The notes under the pieces were generated by a model that worked only from the letters and a program-made list of their open reading frames with translations, was not told where the DNA came from and searched no databases. The translations under genes and the position numbers were made by a program. Shown in pieces: positions 1 to 10,575 of a DNA stretch of 32,000 bases. Within the stretch, counting starts at the first letter, position 1. The number at the start of each line of letters is the position of its first letter. The DNA is from an uncultured Erysipelotrichaceae bacterium (GTDB lineage Bacteria > Bacillota_I > Bacilli_A > Erysipelotrichales > Erysipelotrichaceae): positions 60,001 through 92,000 of the forward strand of contig CAYNZZ010000001.1 in the NCBI GenBank assembly GCA_964401865.1, written 5' to 3'.

Positions 1-29
1 ATTTATCAATAAATTTTTAAGGAGAAATC

Positions 30-992
30 ATGAGTAGGGTTAGTGTTGTAGTGCCGATATACAATGTAGAAAACTATTTAAGACATAATTTAAAATCATT
101 ACATGAACAGACCTATAACGATTTTGAAGTATTGTGCATCAATGATGGTTCAACTGATGGTTCTCAGAATATTATTGATGAATTTGTTAAACTTGATAAA
201 AGATTTAAATCATTTATTAAAGAAAATGGTGGACTATCCGACGCAAGAAACTATGGCTTAAAAAAAGCACAGGGTGAGTACATCATGTTTATTGACGGTG
301 ATGATTTCGTTGAAAAAGATATGTTAGAGGCATCGGTTAAACATATGGATGACGATGATTTAGATATTTTTGTCTTTGGGTATAATCAATATTATTTAGA
401 AAAAAATACCAGTGAATTTATATCTCTTGACATTGATGACTCTGTAACAAGTTTAAAAGAAAATAAAAGCATTTTAGCCAAAACTCCCAACGCTGCCTGG
501 AATAAGATGTATAAAAAAAGTCTTTTTATTGACAATGGTATTACATATCCATATGGCTATCGCCACCAAGATTTGGGTACAACTGCAAAATTGCTTTACT
601 TAGCTAATAAAATAGGATATGAGAATAAAGCGTATTATAATTATTTAGTTGATAGACCGAATAATATCACAAGAATGGTTGATGATAAGATTTACCACAT
701 TATCGATATGTGCGAAGAAATTGTCAACTATTATATAGAAAAAGAATATTTTGACGAAGTTTATGATGAATTATATTATTTAGTAAATACCAATTTAATT
801 AAATCACTACGCAAAGCAATGACACTAGGCGATAAAAAATTCGTATTAAAATTTATTGATGATGTGTTCAGGTTTAGAAAAAAGTATTTCTCGAGTTCTT
901 CAAATAAATACAATATATTAGAAGAAAAAGGCAACAACATTTATATGAATAAAAATTTATGTAAAATATACTATTTGTACAAACAACTGTAA
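30..992 (+). CDS. Family-2 (GT-A) glycosyltransferase
   Basis: 320-aa ORF with SD AAGGAG at 20-25. N-terminal GT2 signatures: VVVPIYNVENYL, INDGSTDGS, ENGGLSDARNYG and FIDGDD (DxD). Confidence 0.85.
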   Translation: MSRVSVVVPIYNVENYLRHNLKSLHEQTYNDFEVLCINDGSTDGSQNIIDEFVKLDKRFKSFIKENGGLSDARNYGLKKAQGEYIMFIDGDDFVEKDMLEASVKHMDDDDLDIFVFGYNQYYLEKNTSEFISLDIDDSVTSLKENKSILAKTPNAAWNKMYKKSLFIDNGITYPYGYRHQDLGTTAKLLYLANKIGYENKAYYNYLVDRPNNITRMVDDKIYHIIDMCEEIVNYYIEKEYFDEVYDELYYLVNTNLIKSLRKAMTLGDKKFVLKFIDDVFRFRKKYFSSSSNKYNILEEKGNNIYMNKNLCKIYYLYKQL

Positions 993-1006
993 AAGGAGAA
1001 AAAGAA

Positions 1007-1990
1007 ATGGCAAAAATATTCATTACCGGTGGAGCTGGTTTCATTGGCTCAACCACATCTGAGAGATTATTAAAAGAAGGACACGATATTGTAACAATCG
1101 ATAATTTTAATGAATATTATGATTCGAAATTAAAAAGAGAAAATGTTGAAATTGTTGAAAAAGTCGCAAGAGAAAATGGTCGAAGTTACGAAGTGGTGGA
1201 AGGTGATGTCAGAGATTTTGAATTGATGAACAAGATTTTTGATGAGCATAATTTCGATGTCGTAATAGCTTGGGCGGCTAATGCGGGCGTTAGGCCTTCG
1301 ATTGAAGATCCAAGATTTTATATTGATGTAAATATAATGGGATTGACTAATCTTCTGGAGTGTATGCGAACACACGATGTTAAAAAATTGGTGTTTATTT
1401 CATCGAGCAGTGTTTATGGCAACAATCCAAAGGTGCCATTTAGCGAAAAAGATGCGGTCGATCACCCTATTTCTCCATATGCGGCTTCAAAGAAATCTGG
1501 TGAATTAATCTGTTATACATATCATTCTTTATTTAATATTGATACTCACTGTCTACGATACTTTACTGTTTATGGACCAAGACAAAGACCAGATTTAGCC
1601 ATCAATAAATTTACTAGATTAATGCTTGAAGGCAAAGCGATTCCAATGTTTGGCAATGGCACAACTTCTAGAGATTATACATATGTTGATGATATTGTTG
1701 ATGGAACAATTCGTTCAATGAATTATCTTTTAAATCACGATGACGTTTATGATATTTTTAATTTAGGCGGCAGCAGACCGATAAGTTTAAAAGGATTAAT
1801 TGATGTTATTGCTGAAGAGTTAAATGTTACACCGGTTATTGAACAATTGCCAATGCAACCTGGCGATGTTAATGTGACATATAGTGATTTTTCGCATGCT
1901 AAAGAGGTATTGGATTATAATCCGCAAGTTGAGATTAAAGAAGGTATTCATAATTTTGTAGAATGGTATAAAGAGAAATATGAAAAATAA
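1007..1990 (+). CDS. NAD-dependent extended-SDR epimerase, most likely UDP-glucuronate 4-epimerase
   Basis: 327 aa with SD AAGGAG about 9 nt upstream. Has Rossmann motif GGAGFIGS and catalytic SPYAASK (YxxxK). The block RYFTVYGPRQRPDLAINKF...RDYTYVDDIVDG is typical of the UDP-GlcA 4-epimerase branch. ugd lies in the same locus. Exact substrate not proven. Confidence 0.7.
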   Translation: MAKIFITGGAGFIGSTTSERLLKEGHDIVTIDNFNEYYDSKLKRENVEIVEKVARENGRSYEVVEGDVRDFELMNKIFDEHNFDVVIAWAANAGVRPSIEDPRFYIDVNIMGLTNLLECMRTHDVKKLVFISSSSVYGNNPKVPFSEKDAVDHPISPYAASKKSGELICYTYHSLFNIDTHCLRYFTVYGPRQRPDLAINKFTRLMLEGKAIPMFGNGTTSRDYTYVDDIVDGTIRSMNYLLNHDDVYDIFNLGGSRPISLKGLIDVIAEELNVTPVIEQLPMQPGDVNVTYSDFSHAKEVLDYNPQVEIKEGIHNFVEWYKEKYEK

Positions 1991-4208
1991 AATCTCGATT
2001 ATCGTTCCTACTTACAATGTAGAGAAATATATAGCCAAATGTCTTGATTCTTTGGTGAAGCAGGATTATCCAAATTTTGATGTATTGGTTATTAATGATG
2101 GTTCGCCATACAATGAACAAATTATTATTGATGAATATCAAAAAAAGTATCCTAATATAATCAAAACAATTGTAAAAGAGAATGGTGGATATGGAAGTGT
2201 ATTGGAGTTAGGTATCAAAGTCAGCGATGCTGATTACATTTTGGTTTGCGATCCCGATGATTATCTAGAATATAATGCACTTTCTGTTTTATATGACAAT
2301 ATGCAAAAATTTGGTGCTGATCTTGTAGTTGGGGCTAAAAACTTGGTATATAGCGATAATGATGAAATAAAATATGATAAATCATTTAATGAGGAATACG
2401 GAACATTATTAGATGGTCATCTTTATAAGAAGGGAAATAAGGAATTTGAAACTTTTTATTTCCTAGAGCCATCTCCGCACGCAAAACTTTATAGAAAAGA
2501 CATAGTCAGCAATATTAAATTCCCTCATAAAGTTTCATATACGGACAATCTGTTATATTTTTATACATTATCAAAAGTTGAAAAAGTTGTATATGTTAAA
2601 GAACCTCTTTCATACTATTTGATAAATCGTGAAGGCAATACACGTACCGACTTAAAACCAACAGTAATCGATGCTTGGGTTACGGTATTAACCACTATGT
2701 TAAACCAAATTGAAAATGACAACGATATTTTTTATTATCGTATGTTTGAAGGGGTTTATTCTATTTTTTATAAAGTTGAGCAAATCAATGCTGATGATAG
2801 TGTAAAAAAAGAAAAATATGAACTTATCTATACCATTATTCCCTTACTTATCGACCATCGAAATAGTATTACCAAATATGTAAAACAATACAATCAAGAA
2901 GGAGAAAAGATGCTCCAACAAAAACTAAACCTTCTTGATAAGGAAAAAAGTAAAATTGTTTACGATACTATGGTTAAAAGAAAAATAAATGGTTCTTTAA
3001 AAGATAATGTAAAAAAAGTTATTTTGGATAATAAAAATTTAGCTAAAATATACGAAAAGTATCATTTTTTTGCGAAGTATTTTTATACTAGAAATAACGA
3101 AAGAATTATCTTGAATAAAGATGTTAAATCAGAAGTTATTAATGATAACGGAACTAATTTCTTTGGCTATTATGATAAACCTTGTGTTGCATATGGACAT
3201 AGTCTATATCATTACTTAGATAGTTCGAGTTTATCATTAGATCAAAACATTAAAATAATGGTCGACGATAAAGAAGTATCATCGACTAATGCATGGAATT
3301 GGCAACAAGGCTCAATGGCTACTTGGATAGATGATAAACATATTATTCATAACTTTTTCGATGGTAAAGAATATCGTTCTAAGCTGGTTGATATAGATAC
3401 TTTAGAAAGTACAGAATATGTATTCCCTATCTATTCTTTAAGTAAGGATAAATCATTTGCGTTAAGCTTGAGTTTTTCTCGTCTTGCCAAGTTAAGACCG
3501 GATTATGGGTATTTTAATTTACCATATCAAAAGCTCAAAGATGATAATGAAGATGGTATTTTCTATCTAGATTTAAAAGAGAATAAAGCAAGTCTTTTTA
3601 TTTCCCTTAAAGAGATAGCCAAATTTAACCACAAGGAAAATATGAATGGCGCCATTCATAAAGTTAATCATATTGATATAAGCCCAAATAGTGATAAGGC
3701 AATCTTTTTGCATCGTTGGTATCAAAAAGGTATTAAGTATACACGTCTTTTATGTATAAATATTAAGACCAAAGAGTTATCAGTTCTTGCTGATAATGAT
3801 ATGGTATCTCATATGGCTTGGGTAGATAACAATTTAGTTTTCGGCTACCTAAGGGGCAAAAACGGTAAAGATGGATATTATTTTATCGATATGAATGGCA
3901 ATCAAAAAATGTTCAATCATTCACTTTTAGTAGATGATGGTCATCCAACCGTCTTAAATGAGAGATATATTGTAACCGATACTTATCCTGATTATACTTG
4001 CATGAGTAAGCTGTTACTCATTGATACCAAAACTAAGGAAGTTACTTTAATTGGCAGATTTTATAGTGGTATAAAATATCAAGGAGTGAGAAGATGCGAT
4101 TTACATCCTCGTTTTGATCTTGAAAGTAATGGTTTGACTATAGATACTGTACTTGATGGAAGAAGGAAAGTATATCATTTAGACATTGATAAACTGATTA
4201 AAAAATAA
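1980..4208 (+). CDS. Fusion protein: N-terminal GT2 glycosyltransferase plus C-terminal beta-propeller-like domain of unknown function
   Basis: 742 aa; ATG overlaps the upstream stop by 11 nt. Residues 1 to about 250 are GT2 (IIVPTYNVEKYI, INDGS, ENGGYGS, CDPDD). No TM segment is evident. Residues about 390-742 carry strand-rich motifs that resemble TolB/oligogalacturonide-lyase-type propeller blades: HIDISPNSDKAIFLHRW, MVSHMAWVDNNLVFGY, RCDLHPRFDLESNGLTIDTV, RRKVYHLD. Confidence 0.7.
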   Translation: MKNKISIIVPTYNVEKYIAKCLDSLVKQDYPNFDVLVINDGSPYNEQIIIDEYQKKYPNIIKTIVKENGGYGSVLELGIKVSDADYILVCDPDDYLEYNALSVLYDNMQKFGADLVVGAKNLVYSDNDEIKYDKSFNEEYGTLLDGHLYKKGNKEFETFYFLEPSPHAKLYRKDIVSNIKFPHKVSYTDNLLYFYTLSKVEKVVYVKEPLSYYLINREGNTRTDLKPTVIDAWVTVLTTMLNQIENDNDIFYYRMFEGVYSIFYKVEQINADDSVKKEKYELIYTIIPLLIDHRNSITKYVKQYNQEGEKMLQQKLNLLDKEKSKIVYDTMVKRKINGSLKDNVKKVILDNKNLAKIYEKYHFFAKYFYTRNNERIILNKDVKSEVINDNGTNFFGYYDKPCVAYGHSLYHYLDSSSLSLDQNIKIMVDDKEVSSTNAWNWQQGSMATWIDDKHIIHNFFDGKEYRSKLVDIDTLESTEYVFPIYSLSKDKSFALSLSFSRLAKLRPDYGYFNLPYQKLKDDNEDGIFYLDLKENKASLFISLKEIAKFNHKENMNGAIHKVNHIDISPNSDKAIFLHRWYQKGIKYTRLLCINIKTKELSVLADNDMVSHMAWVDNNLVFGYLRGKNGKDGYYFIDMNGNQKMFNHSLLVDDGHPTVLNERYIVTDTYPDYTCMSKLLLIDTKTKEVTLIGRFYSGIKYQGVRRCDLHPRFDLESNGLTIDTVLDGRRKVYHLDIDKLIKK

Positions 4209-4246
4209 GATATCAAAGATTTTATTTGAAAGGATATAATTATTGT

Positions 4247-5812
4247 ATGAATAAAAACACACTACAAAAAATTATATATATGGTGACTTTGACTTTAGTT
4301 GCCATTCATCCGATTATTGAACTCGACTATTTGTTAGCTGATACATTTGACAGTATTGGTTTACCGAGAGTTACAACAGTAATTGACTTTATTATTTTGC
4401 CTTTAATGGTAATTTTGACATTTTATCTATACGAAAATAACAAGAAGAAAGTGTCACTCGTTTTTGGTATCTATTTGTTAATTTTTGGTTCTTACTTTAT
4501 ACTTCATTGTCTAAATGCCGACAGTTTGCAATATAGCTTATTTTTGCCTAATAATTATGTCTTTTTAATTAGTGATGAAGTGGTTTACACTATTACATTA
4601 ATGCTGCCGCTGGTGTATGTATGGGTGTTTTATCATTTTAATGTGAGCCAAAAGTCATTGAAATACATAACAATGACTCTATCGTTTGTCACAGGATTTC
4701 CGATTCTTATTTCTAATTTATTCTTATTTGGCAAATCCACTTATGTTGGTTATACCATCGACAACATCTTTAGCTGGTTTTCTTTACCCTACGATACAGA
4801 GCAGTTTCATCCAAGATTTTATGCGACCAAATTCTTTTTTGAAGAGGGCAATACAATTGGAATCTTGATGTTTATAATACTGCCATTACTCTATTATTTC
4901 TTTTATCAAAGCGAAAAGAAAAAAGAGAAGTTAGCTATTGGCGCTCTGATTATTGTACAAAGCATATCAATGATTATTTTATCGACGCGTATTGCAACGT
5001 ACGGAAGTGCTTTAATACCTGTTATGGTATTGGCAGTATATATTATTTTGGTAATAATCAAAGAAGAGAAATGGAAAATATATTTCCCTGCTTTTTTGGT
5101 TGTAGTTACCATTATGTGTGCCATTATCATTCCGTTTGGTCCGGCATATCAAAATCAGCAGATTGATGCCCTTGATTATGGATTTGTCAAACGTGATGAC
5201 GATAAAATAAGCACCGGTAAAGAATATTTGAGAAAAGGCGAAAATCTAGTTAAGTATTCAGAAGAATGGCGTGATTTTTATGTATATATGTTTGAAGATT
5301 ATTCTTTTTTGATGAATGTGACACCTCCTGTTTATTATACAGAGTGGTATGACTATAGACACGATCCTGAATTCTGGGTAGATTTGATTTTTGATTATCC
5401 GTTAGAAGAAAGAGTTAACGGAAGACAGATAGAGAATATTTTTACTCATTATAAGTGGGATCCCTTAAATCAATATCAAAAAGCATTGGGTTTAGGTTAC
5501 GGAACATTTATGCGTGGTTCGATATTATTGGAAAGAGATTTTGCTCAGCAATATTTCAGTTATGGTTATATTGGTTTTATTCTAATAATGGCTCCTTGGT
5601 TAGTGATGATTATTTATTTAGGAATTAAGTTGCTTCTGGGATTTAAGAAGGGATATTGGAACATGTACAATATTCTTTTGATGGCTGGAGTATGTAGTGG
5701 CGTACTATGTTCGTACACAAGCGGGCATACATTCGACGAACTTACAACTTCATTAGTATTTGCATTATTTATTAGTGTATTATGGCGGAATATGAGGACT
5801 TCTAATGAATGA
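4247..5812 (+). CDS. Polytopic membrane protein, Wzy / O-antigen-ligase-like (putative polymerase or ligase)
   Basis: About 10-12 hydrophobic segments and a roughly 130-aa hydrophilic loop (QNQQIDALDYG...KWDPLNQYQK). The loop is followed by LGLGYGTF and YGYIGFILIM, an arrangement reminiscent of Wzy_C family proteins. I chose ATG 4247 (GAAAGGA 12 nt upstream) over the TTG at 4226 used in the ORF track. Confidence 0.5.
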   Translation: MNKNTLQKIIYMVTLTLVAIHPIIELDYLLADTFDSIGLPRVTTVIDFIILPLMVILTFYLYENNKKKVSLVFGIYLLIFGSYFILHCLNADSLQYSLFLPNNYVFLISDEVVYTITLMLPLVYVWVFYHFNVSQKSLKYITMTLSFVTGFPILISNLFLFGKSTYVGYTIDNIFSWFSLPYDTEQFHPRFYATKFFFEEGNTIGILMFIILPLLYYFFYQSEKKKEKLAIGALIIVQSISMIILSTRIATYGSALIPVMVLAVYIILVIIKEEKWKIYFPAFLVVVTIMCAIIIPFGPAYQNQQIDALDYGFVKRDDDKISTGKEYLRKGENLVKYSEEWRDFYVYMFEDYSFLMNVTPPVYYTEWYDYRHDPEFWVDLIFDYPLEERVNGRQIENIFTHYKWDPLNQYQKALGLGYGTFMRGSILLERDFAQQYFSYGYIGFILIMAPWLVMIIYLGIKLLLGFKKGYWNMYNILLMAGVCSGVLCSYTSGHTFDELTTSLVFALFISVLWRNMRTSNE

Positions 5813-6776
5813 TATATCAGTAATTGTACCGGTATATAACGGAAAAGAGACAATTGAGAAGTGTCTCTTTTCACTTTTAAATCAAAGTATCAATGTCGAT
5901 ATCATTGTGGTTGATGATGGTTCAATTGATAATACTAAAGACATTGTTTTGAAAATGATTGAAAATAGCGGGGATAGAATACATTATTACTATAAAGAAA
6001 ATAGTGGAATTTCTGATGCGCGTAATTTCGGTGTCAGCAAGGTTGAGACTGAATATTTTGGCTTCTTAGATAGCGATGATACAGTTTCGAAAGATATGTA
6101 TGAAAAAATGCTTTTAGAAATTAAAAGAAATAATAGTGATTTATGTATTTGCAATTTCTATTGGGTTTATGAAAAAGATAGAAAGTTAGCAAAGGACATC
6201 GGCTATACAAATAAACATGAAATATTAGAAAAAATGTTTGCGACTTTATGGAATAAGCTATATCGCACTTCGTGGTTCAAAAAAACTGGCTTATCGTTTC
6301 CAAGCGGATTTCATTACGAAGATGCTTCTATGCTTTATCGTTTGGCTTATTATATGGATAAAGTTTGTTACGTCGATGAAGCTTTTGTCAATTATTATCA
6401 ACGAAACGGATCAATTACTCACACCTTTACCGTCTATATCAATGACATGATAGAAGTGTTGGAGGGTATTAAAAATTTCTATATCGACAACAATGCATAC
6501 GAAGAATATAAAGATGAAATAGAGTATTTATTTGTTCGCTTCTTTTTAGGCAATTCTTATTTGCGTGCGTGCCGTATTAAAGATAAAACATTAAGAAAAG
6601 ATGTATTAGATAAAGGATATGATTGCCTGATTAGGAATTATCCTAACTATAAGCAAAATAAATATTTAAAAAATAGTGGGTTAAAGAATAAGTATTTTGG
6701 TTTATTGACTAAGAAAACTTACTATTTAAATGTTAAAATATTTAGGATACTGTACGCTTTGAAGATAATGAAATAG
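5805..6776 (+). CDS. Family-2 (GT-A) glycosyltransferase
   Basis: 323 aa; 8-nt overlap with the upstream gene (ATGAATGA). Motifs: ISVIVPVYNGKETI, VVDDGSIDNT, ENSGISDARNFG, FLDSDD. Confidence 0.85.
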   Translation: MNDISVIVPVYNGKETIEKCLFSLLNQSINVDIIVVDDGSIDNTKDIVLKMIENSGDRIHYYYKENSGISDARNFGVSKVETEYFGFLDSDDTVSKDMYEKMLLEIKRNNSDLCICNFYWVYEKDRKLAKDIGYTNKHEILEKMFATLWNKLYRTSWFKKTGLSFPSGFHYEDASMLYRLAYYMDKVCYVDEAFVNYYQRNGSITHTFTVYINDMIEVLEGIKNFYIDNNAYEEYKDEIEYLFVRFFLGNSYLRACRIKDKTLRKDVLDKGYDCLIRNYPNYKQNKYLKNSGLKNKYFGLLTKKTYYLNVKIFRILYALKIMK

Positions 6777-6785
6777 GAGAATGGC

Positions 6786-8834
6786 TTGATTAAAATCGGA
6801 ATTGCAGTGTTGCTGGTACTATTTATATCCAGTGCATACGGCATTAGTTTAAATAAAAGAATTAATTATAAATTAAATGATTTTGTAACTCCCATTGGAT
6901 TTGCGCTTTTGATGATGCTTTTACAGATTGCTTATTATCCAGCTATGTTATTTAATTTGCCTAGCACATATGAACACATTGTAAGTATTGTTGTATTTGC
7001 GATTGGTATTTATATAGGTATAAAAAATATAAAAATGGTGATTGAGGAGTACAACAAAAAAAGAAGTTTGATTATTCTTGCCTCTTTTGTCTTGTTTGTT
7101 TTTGTATTTTATCAATGTTATATCGATATAGCATTTAGTGATTCGCAAATGTATCTCAATTATATGAGTCAAAATATCAATACTGACCATATAAATTTAT
7201 TTCATCTATGGACTGGTGAAATAGGTAAAAATTGGGATACTATTTATTTATTTCAAGGATATTATCATTTTGGTTCGTTTTTGTGTTGGTTAGTTAATGC
7301 TAATCAGTATTTATTTAATGTTGGCAGTTTTGTTGAAAATATAACTATTCAAACGTGGGGGCTTGGGATGATCTATTCCATTATGTCTTCAATGTTAATA
7401 TATAATTTTGTAAATTATCTGAAAACAAACAAGATAGTTCGCTGGACAATTTTAAGTTTTGGATTGTTTTATCTAAACTTTTTCTATTGGCGGGTAGCTT
7501 TTTCTTATTATGGAAATACCTTTAGGACAATATATACCTGTGCTTTAATGTTTTTCTTATATCGTTATTTTAAAGAAGAACGTTACGATTTCAAAAATAT
7601 CTGCATAATCATTGGTTTTGCAGGTTTATCATTCTCTTCTTCTTATCTATTTATTTCTTTTGCAATAATGTATGCACTAATGGCATATATGTTCAAGAAC
7701 AAAAATAGAAATAGTATCAGAGAAATGGCGGATTTTGTTTTGCCAATACTGATTTATGCACTGGCGTGTTTTTACATTGATAATATGACGTTATTCATTG
7801 TTGGTATAATAACAGCTCCGCTTTATTTTATCTTTAGAAATAAGAGTTTTATGTTGAATATAACCGATAAAATAGAAGTTTTTTTGCACAACTATGGTTA
7901 TGCAATATTTGTTTATGGAGTAAGTATTATTTTTATCGTTGGAGGAGCATATTATTATTTCTTTGTTAATCCGGGCTATGAGTATAACTATGCCCATTAT
8001 TTCAATAATCATCAAAATTATGACATGATTAAAGACTATTTCTTTATTTACACTGGGAAAAGTCAAAATTTAGTAAATGTCATCAGATGGGTGGGAGTGG
8101 TCTTGTTGTTTACCGATAAGACAAAAGATCAAGGAATAAAATGGATGAAGTCTTTGTTTTTGATTGTTTTTTTGGTTTTCTTGAATCCGTTAACTGTTGT
8201 TGCGATTTCCAAACTATTTGCATCTAATGTCTATTATCGAACTTTTGATATAATATTTAATCCATTTACAGAGATGCTGTTTATGTACTTAATTAGCGAG
8301 CGTTTTAAAAACAAGTACTTAAATTATATCTTGGCCATTTTAGTTGTATATCTTCTTGCATATTGTCATGTAGCGTCACATATTAATGAAAATACGGGTG
8401 AATATGGATATTACTTACATCGTGGGGTTATGCCTAAATATAAAATGACTTATGAAAATTATGATGTAATCAAACACTTCCAAGAAGAAATAAAAGACAT
8501 TGAGATTGATCGACAATTAAGGGTTATCAGCCATGCTGAAGGATTGAGAACATTTGAGCCTAATGTTCATCAAATATTTACAGCTAGAGAATATTACTAT
8601 CCAATGGAGAGAATAAATAATGAATTTTATGATATAGCAAGAAATCATTATCCGTGGGAAAGTTATTATGAGACTGATTTTTCGGTTGCTTGTGAGTATA
8701 TTGATAGATTTGATATTGATTATGTAATTGTTGAATGGTGGCAGAATTGGGACTTTGATATTGAAATATCAAAATGCGGAGATTTAGTTTATTACAATGA
8801 TGTATTCCATTTATATAGATTTATTGATAAGTAG
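6786..8834 (+). CDS. Large polytopic membrane protein of unknown function with a soluble C-terminal domain (possible GT-C-like enzyme)
   Basis: 682 aa. TTG start 5-6 nt after SD AGGAGA (6775-6780); the nearby ATG at 6781 hits a stop after 2 codons. More than 12 hydrophobic segments, then a hydrophilic tail of about 140 aa (YGYYLHRGVMPKYK...HLYRFIDK). I recognise no diagnostic family motif. Confidence 0.6.
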   Translation: MIKIGIAVLLVLFISSAYGISLNKRINYKLNDFVTPIGFALLMMLLQIAYYPAMLFNLPSTYEHIVSIVVFAIGIYIGIKNIKMVIEEYNKKRSLIILASFVLFVFVFYQCYIDIAFSDSQMYLNYMSQNINTDHINLFHLWTGEIGKNWDTIYLFQGYYHFGSFLCWLVNANQYLFNVGSFVENITIQTWGLGMIYSIMSSMLIYNFVNYLKTNKIVRWTILSFGLFYLNFFYWRVAFSYYGNTFRTIYTCALMFFLYRYFKEERYDFKNICIIIGFAGLSFSSSYLFISFAIMYALMAYMFKNKNRNSIREMADFVLPILIYALACFYIDNMTLFIVGIITAPLYFIFRNKSFMLNITDKIEVFLHNYGYAIFVYGVSIIFIVGGAYYYFFVNPGYEYNYAHYFNNHQNYDMIKDYFFIYTGKSQNLVNVIRWVGVVLLFTDKTKDQGIKWMKSLFLIVFLVFLNPLTVVAISKLFASNVYYRTFDIIFNPFTEMLFMYLISERFKNKYLNYILAILVVYLLAYCHVASHINENTGEYGYYLHRGVMPKYKMTYENYDVIKHFQEEIKDIEIDRQLRVISHAEGLRTFEPNVHQIFTAREYYYPMERINNEFYDIARNHYPWESYYETDFSVACEYIDRFDIDYVIVEWWQNWDFDIEISKCGDLVYYNDVFHLYRFIDK

Positions 8835-8841
8835 GTTATAA

Positions 8842-10575
8842 ATGTTTAAGAATAAGAAAAAAATATCTCTATATATTATTTTTGTCGTATCAATAACGAT
8901 ATTTTTTTCAATTACTTTGTTTAAAAATATTATTCCATTTATTGGCGGTCAAGATTTGACATTTCATCTCAATCGTTTTATGGGTGTAGCGAATGCTTTT
9001 GAAGAACGGCAATTATTGCCAAAGATATATCCGTTTGCCAATTATGGATTTGGTTATGCCACATCGCTATTTTATTGTGATATATTTTTGTACCCTTTTG
9101 CGTTAATGTATCATTTTGGTGTGTCGGTAATTATATGCTACAAATTATGTATTTTTTTCTATACATTAATTGGAACTTGTTTAATCTGTTTTGTGCTAGA
9201 TAGAATATTCAATAATGATTATGTGAATATCATCGGTACTATGCTTTATCTATTTGCGAATTATCACATTCAAAATGTATTCATTAGGTCGGCTTTAGGT
9301 GAGATATTAGCAATGACTTTCATCCCGCTTGTTCTATATTCCTTTTATTTAGTATTGATTAAGAAAGAGGATTCATGGAAATTGCTTGGAATATCATTCT
9401 CTTTAATGGTTATGAGTCATCTTATTTCGAGCTTGCTGTATGGAATATTATTTTTTATTTTTATAGTTGCCTTTATTATTTTTAACAGAAAAGATTTTGG
9501 GCAAATAAAAAGAACACTAATGACCATTATAAAAGGAACGATACTTGCTATATTGTTGTGTGCATGGTATTTATTTCCGATGCTCGAACAAATGCGTGAT
9601 CAAACTTTCTGGCTAAGCGCTAATAAAGTGAATAACAATGTAAGTGCAGGAACACAAATGTTGATAGATATTTTCAAACCTTTTGCATATCTTGGAAATA
9701 ATTTCTCAATTGAAAAAAATGCTAGTCTAGGTATTTTTACAATCATTTTAATGAGTATTTATATTTTTGTAAAAAAGAACAGATATATCAATATAATAGC
9801 ATTGATAATGTTGATTTTATATTTAATGATAGTGGGAGTAATTCCTTTTATAGAAGCGCTAAGTATAATTCAATTCTTATTTAGATTTTATATTATACTA
9901 TTTCCGTTATCAGTTATGTTGATTGCTTATAATATTAGTAATTTATCGAACGTGAAAGTTAAGAAAATATTAGTTGGAGCTACGACCATATTTTCATTGC
10001 TCAATATATTTAGTGCAAGTAGGATTGTTTTAGATAATCCGATAATTCCAAATGATGCCACAATAGATGAAATAAACAATCAAGATAGCATGTATGATTT
10101 TCTTGATTACAATCACAACGAATTAGGCGGCGCAGAATATTTGCCTTTAACGGTAAACATGAATTACAAGATAGAAACCAAGGCCATAAAAACAATTGAT
10201 GAGAATGGTAATAAGATTGATTATGATTATGAATACGAAAGAAACTTTACCCAAATAATATACAAGTACAATGATGATAAAAATAGTGAACTTCTTTTTC
10301 CGTTGACATACTATAAAGGTTATAAAGCGTACGAAGTAATCAATGGTGAGATGCGTGAAATTAATATATTAAATAATCAAACTTATAAATTAGTCACTAT
10401 TATTGCTGAAGCAGGAAATCATACATATATGATTAAATACGCAGGAACAGGAATTCAAAAGATTAGTTTGATAATTTCGCTGTTAACATTTATTTGTTTT
10501 GTATTATATGTGATAATGATTGGGAAAAAGGCGGGACATTATGGAAAAAATAGCGGTATTAATACCTTGTTATAA
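8842..10575 (+). CDS. Polytopic membrane protein, GT-C-fold-like glycosyltransferase candidate with a C-terminal extracytoplasmic domain and terminal TM anchor
   Basis: 577 aa. The first loop after TM1 carries GGQDLTFHLNRF, an acidic D..FH..R-type motif like those in polyprenyl-phosphate-sugar-using membrane glycosyltransferases. Many TM segments follow, then a hydrophilic region (PNDATIDEINNQD...HTYMIKYAG) and a final TM. Its 3' end overlaps the GtrB-like gene. Confidence 0.55.
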   Translation: MFKNKKKISLYIIFVVSITIFFSITLFKNIIPFIGGQDLTFHLNRFMGVANAFEERQLLPKIYPFANYGFGYATSLFYCDIFLYPFALMYHFGVSVIICYKLCIFFYTLIGTCLICFVLDRIFNNDYVNIIGTMLYLFANYHIQNVFIRSALGEILAMTFIPLVLYSFYLVLIKKEDSWKLLGISFSLMVMSHLISSLLYGILFFIFIVAFIIFNRKDFGQIKRTLMTIIKGTILAILLCAWYLFPMLEQMRDQTFWLSANKVNNNVSAGTQMLIDIFKPFAYLGNNFSIEKNASLGIFTIILMSIYIFVKKNRYINIIALIMLILYLMIVGVIPFIEALSIIQFLFRFYIILFPLSVMLIAYNISNLSNVKVKKILVGATTIFSLLNIFSASRIVLDNPIIPNDATIDEINNQDSMYDFLDYNHNELGGAEYLPLTVNMNYKIETKAIKTIDENGNKIDYDYEYERNFTQIIYKYNDDKNSELLFPLTYYKGYKAYEVINGEMREINILNNQTYKLVTIIAEAGNHTYMIKYAGTGIQKISLIISLLTFICFVLYVIMIGKKAGHYGKNSGINTLL

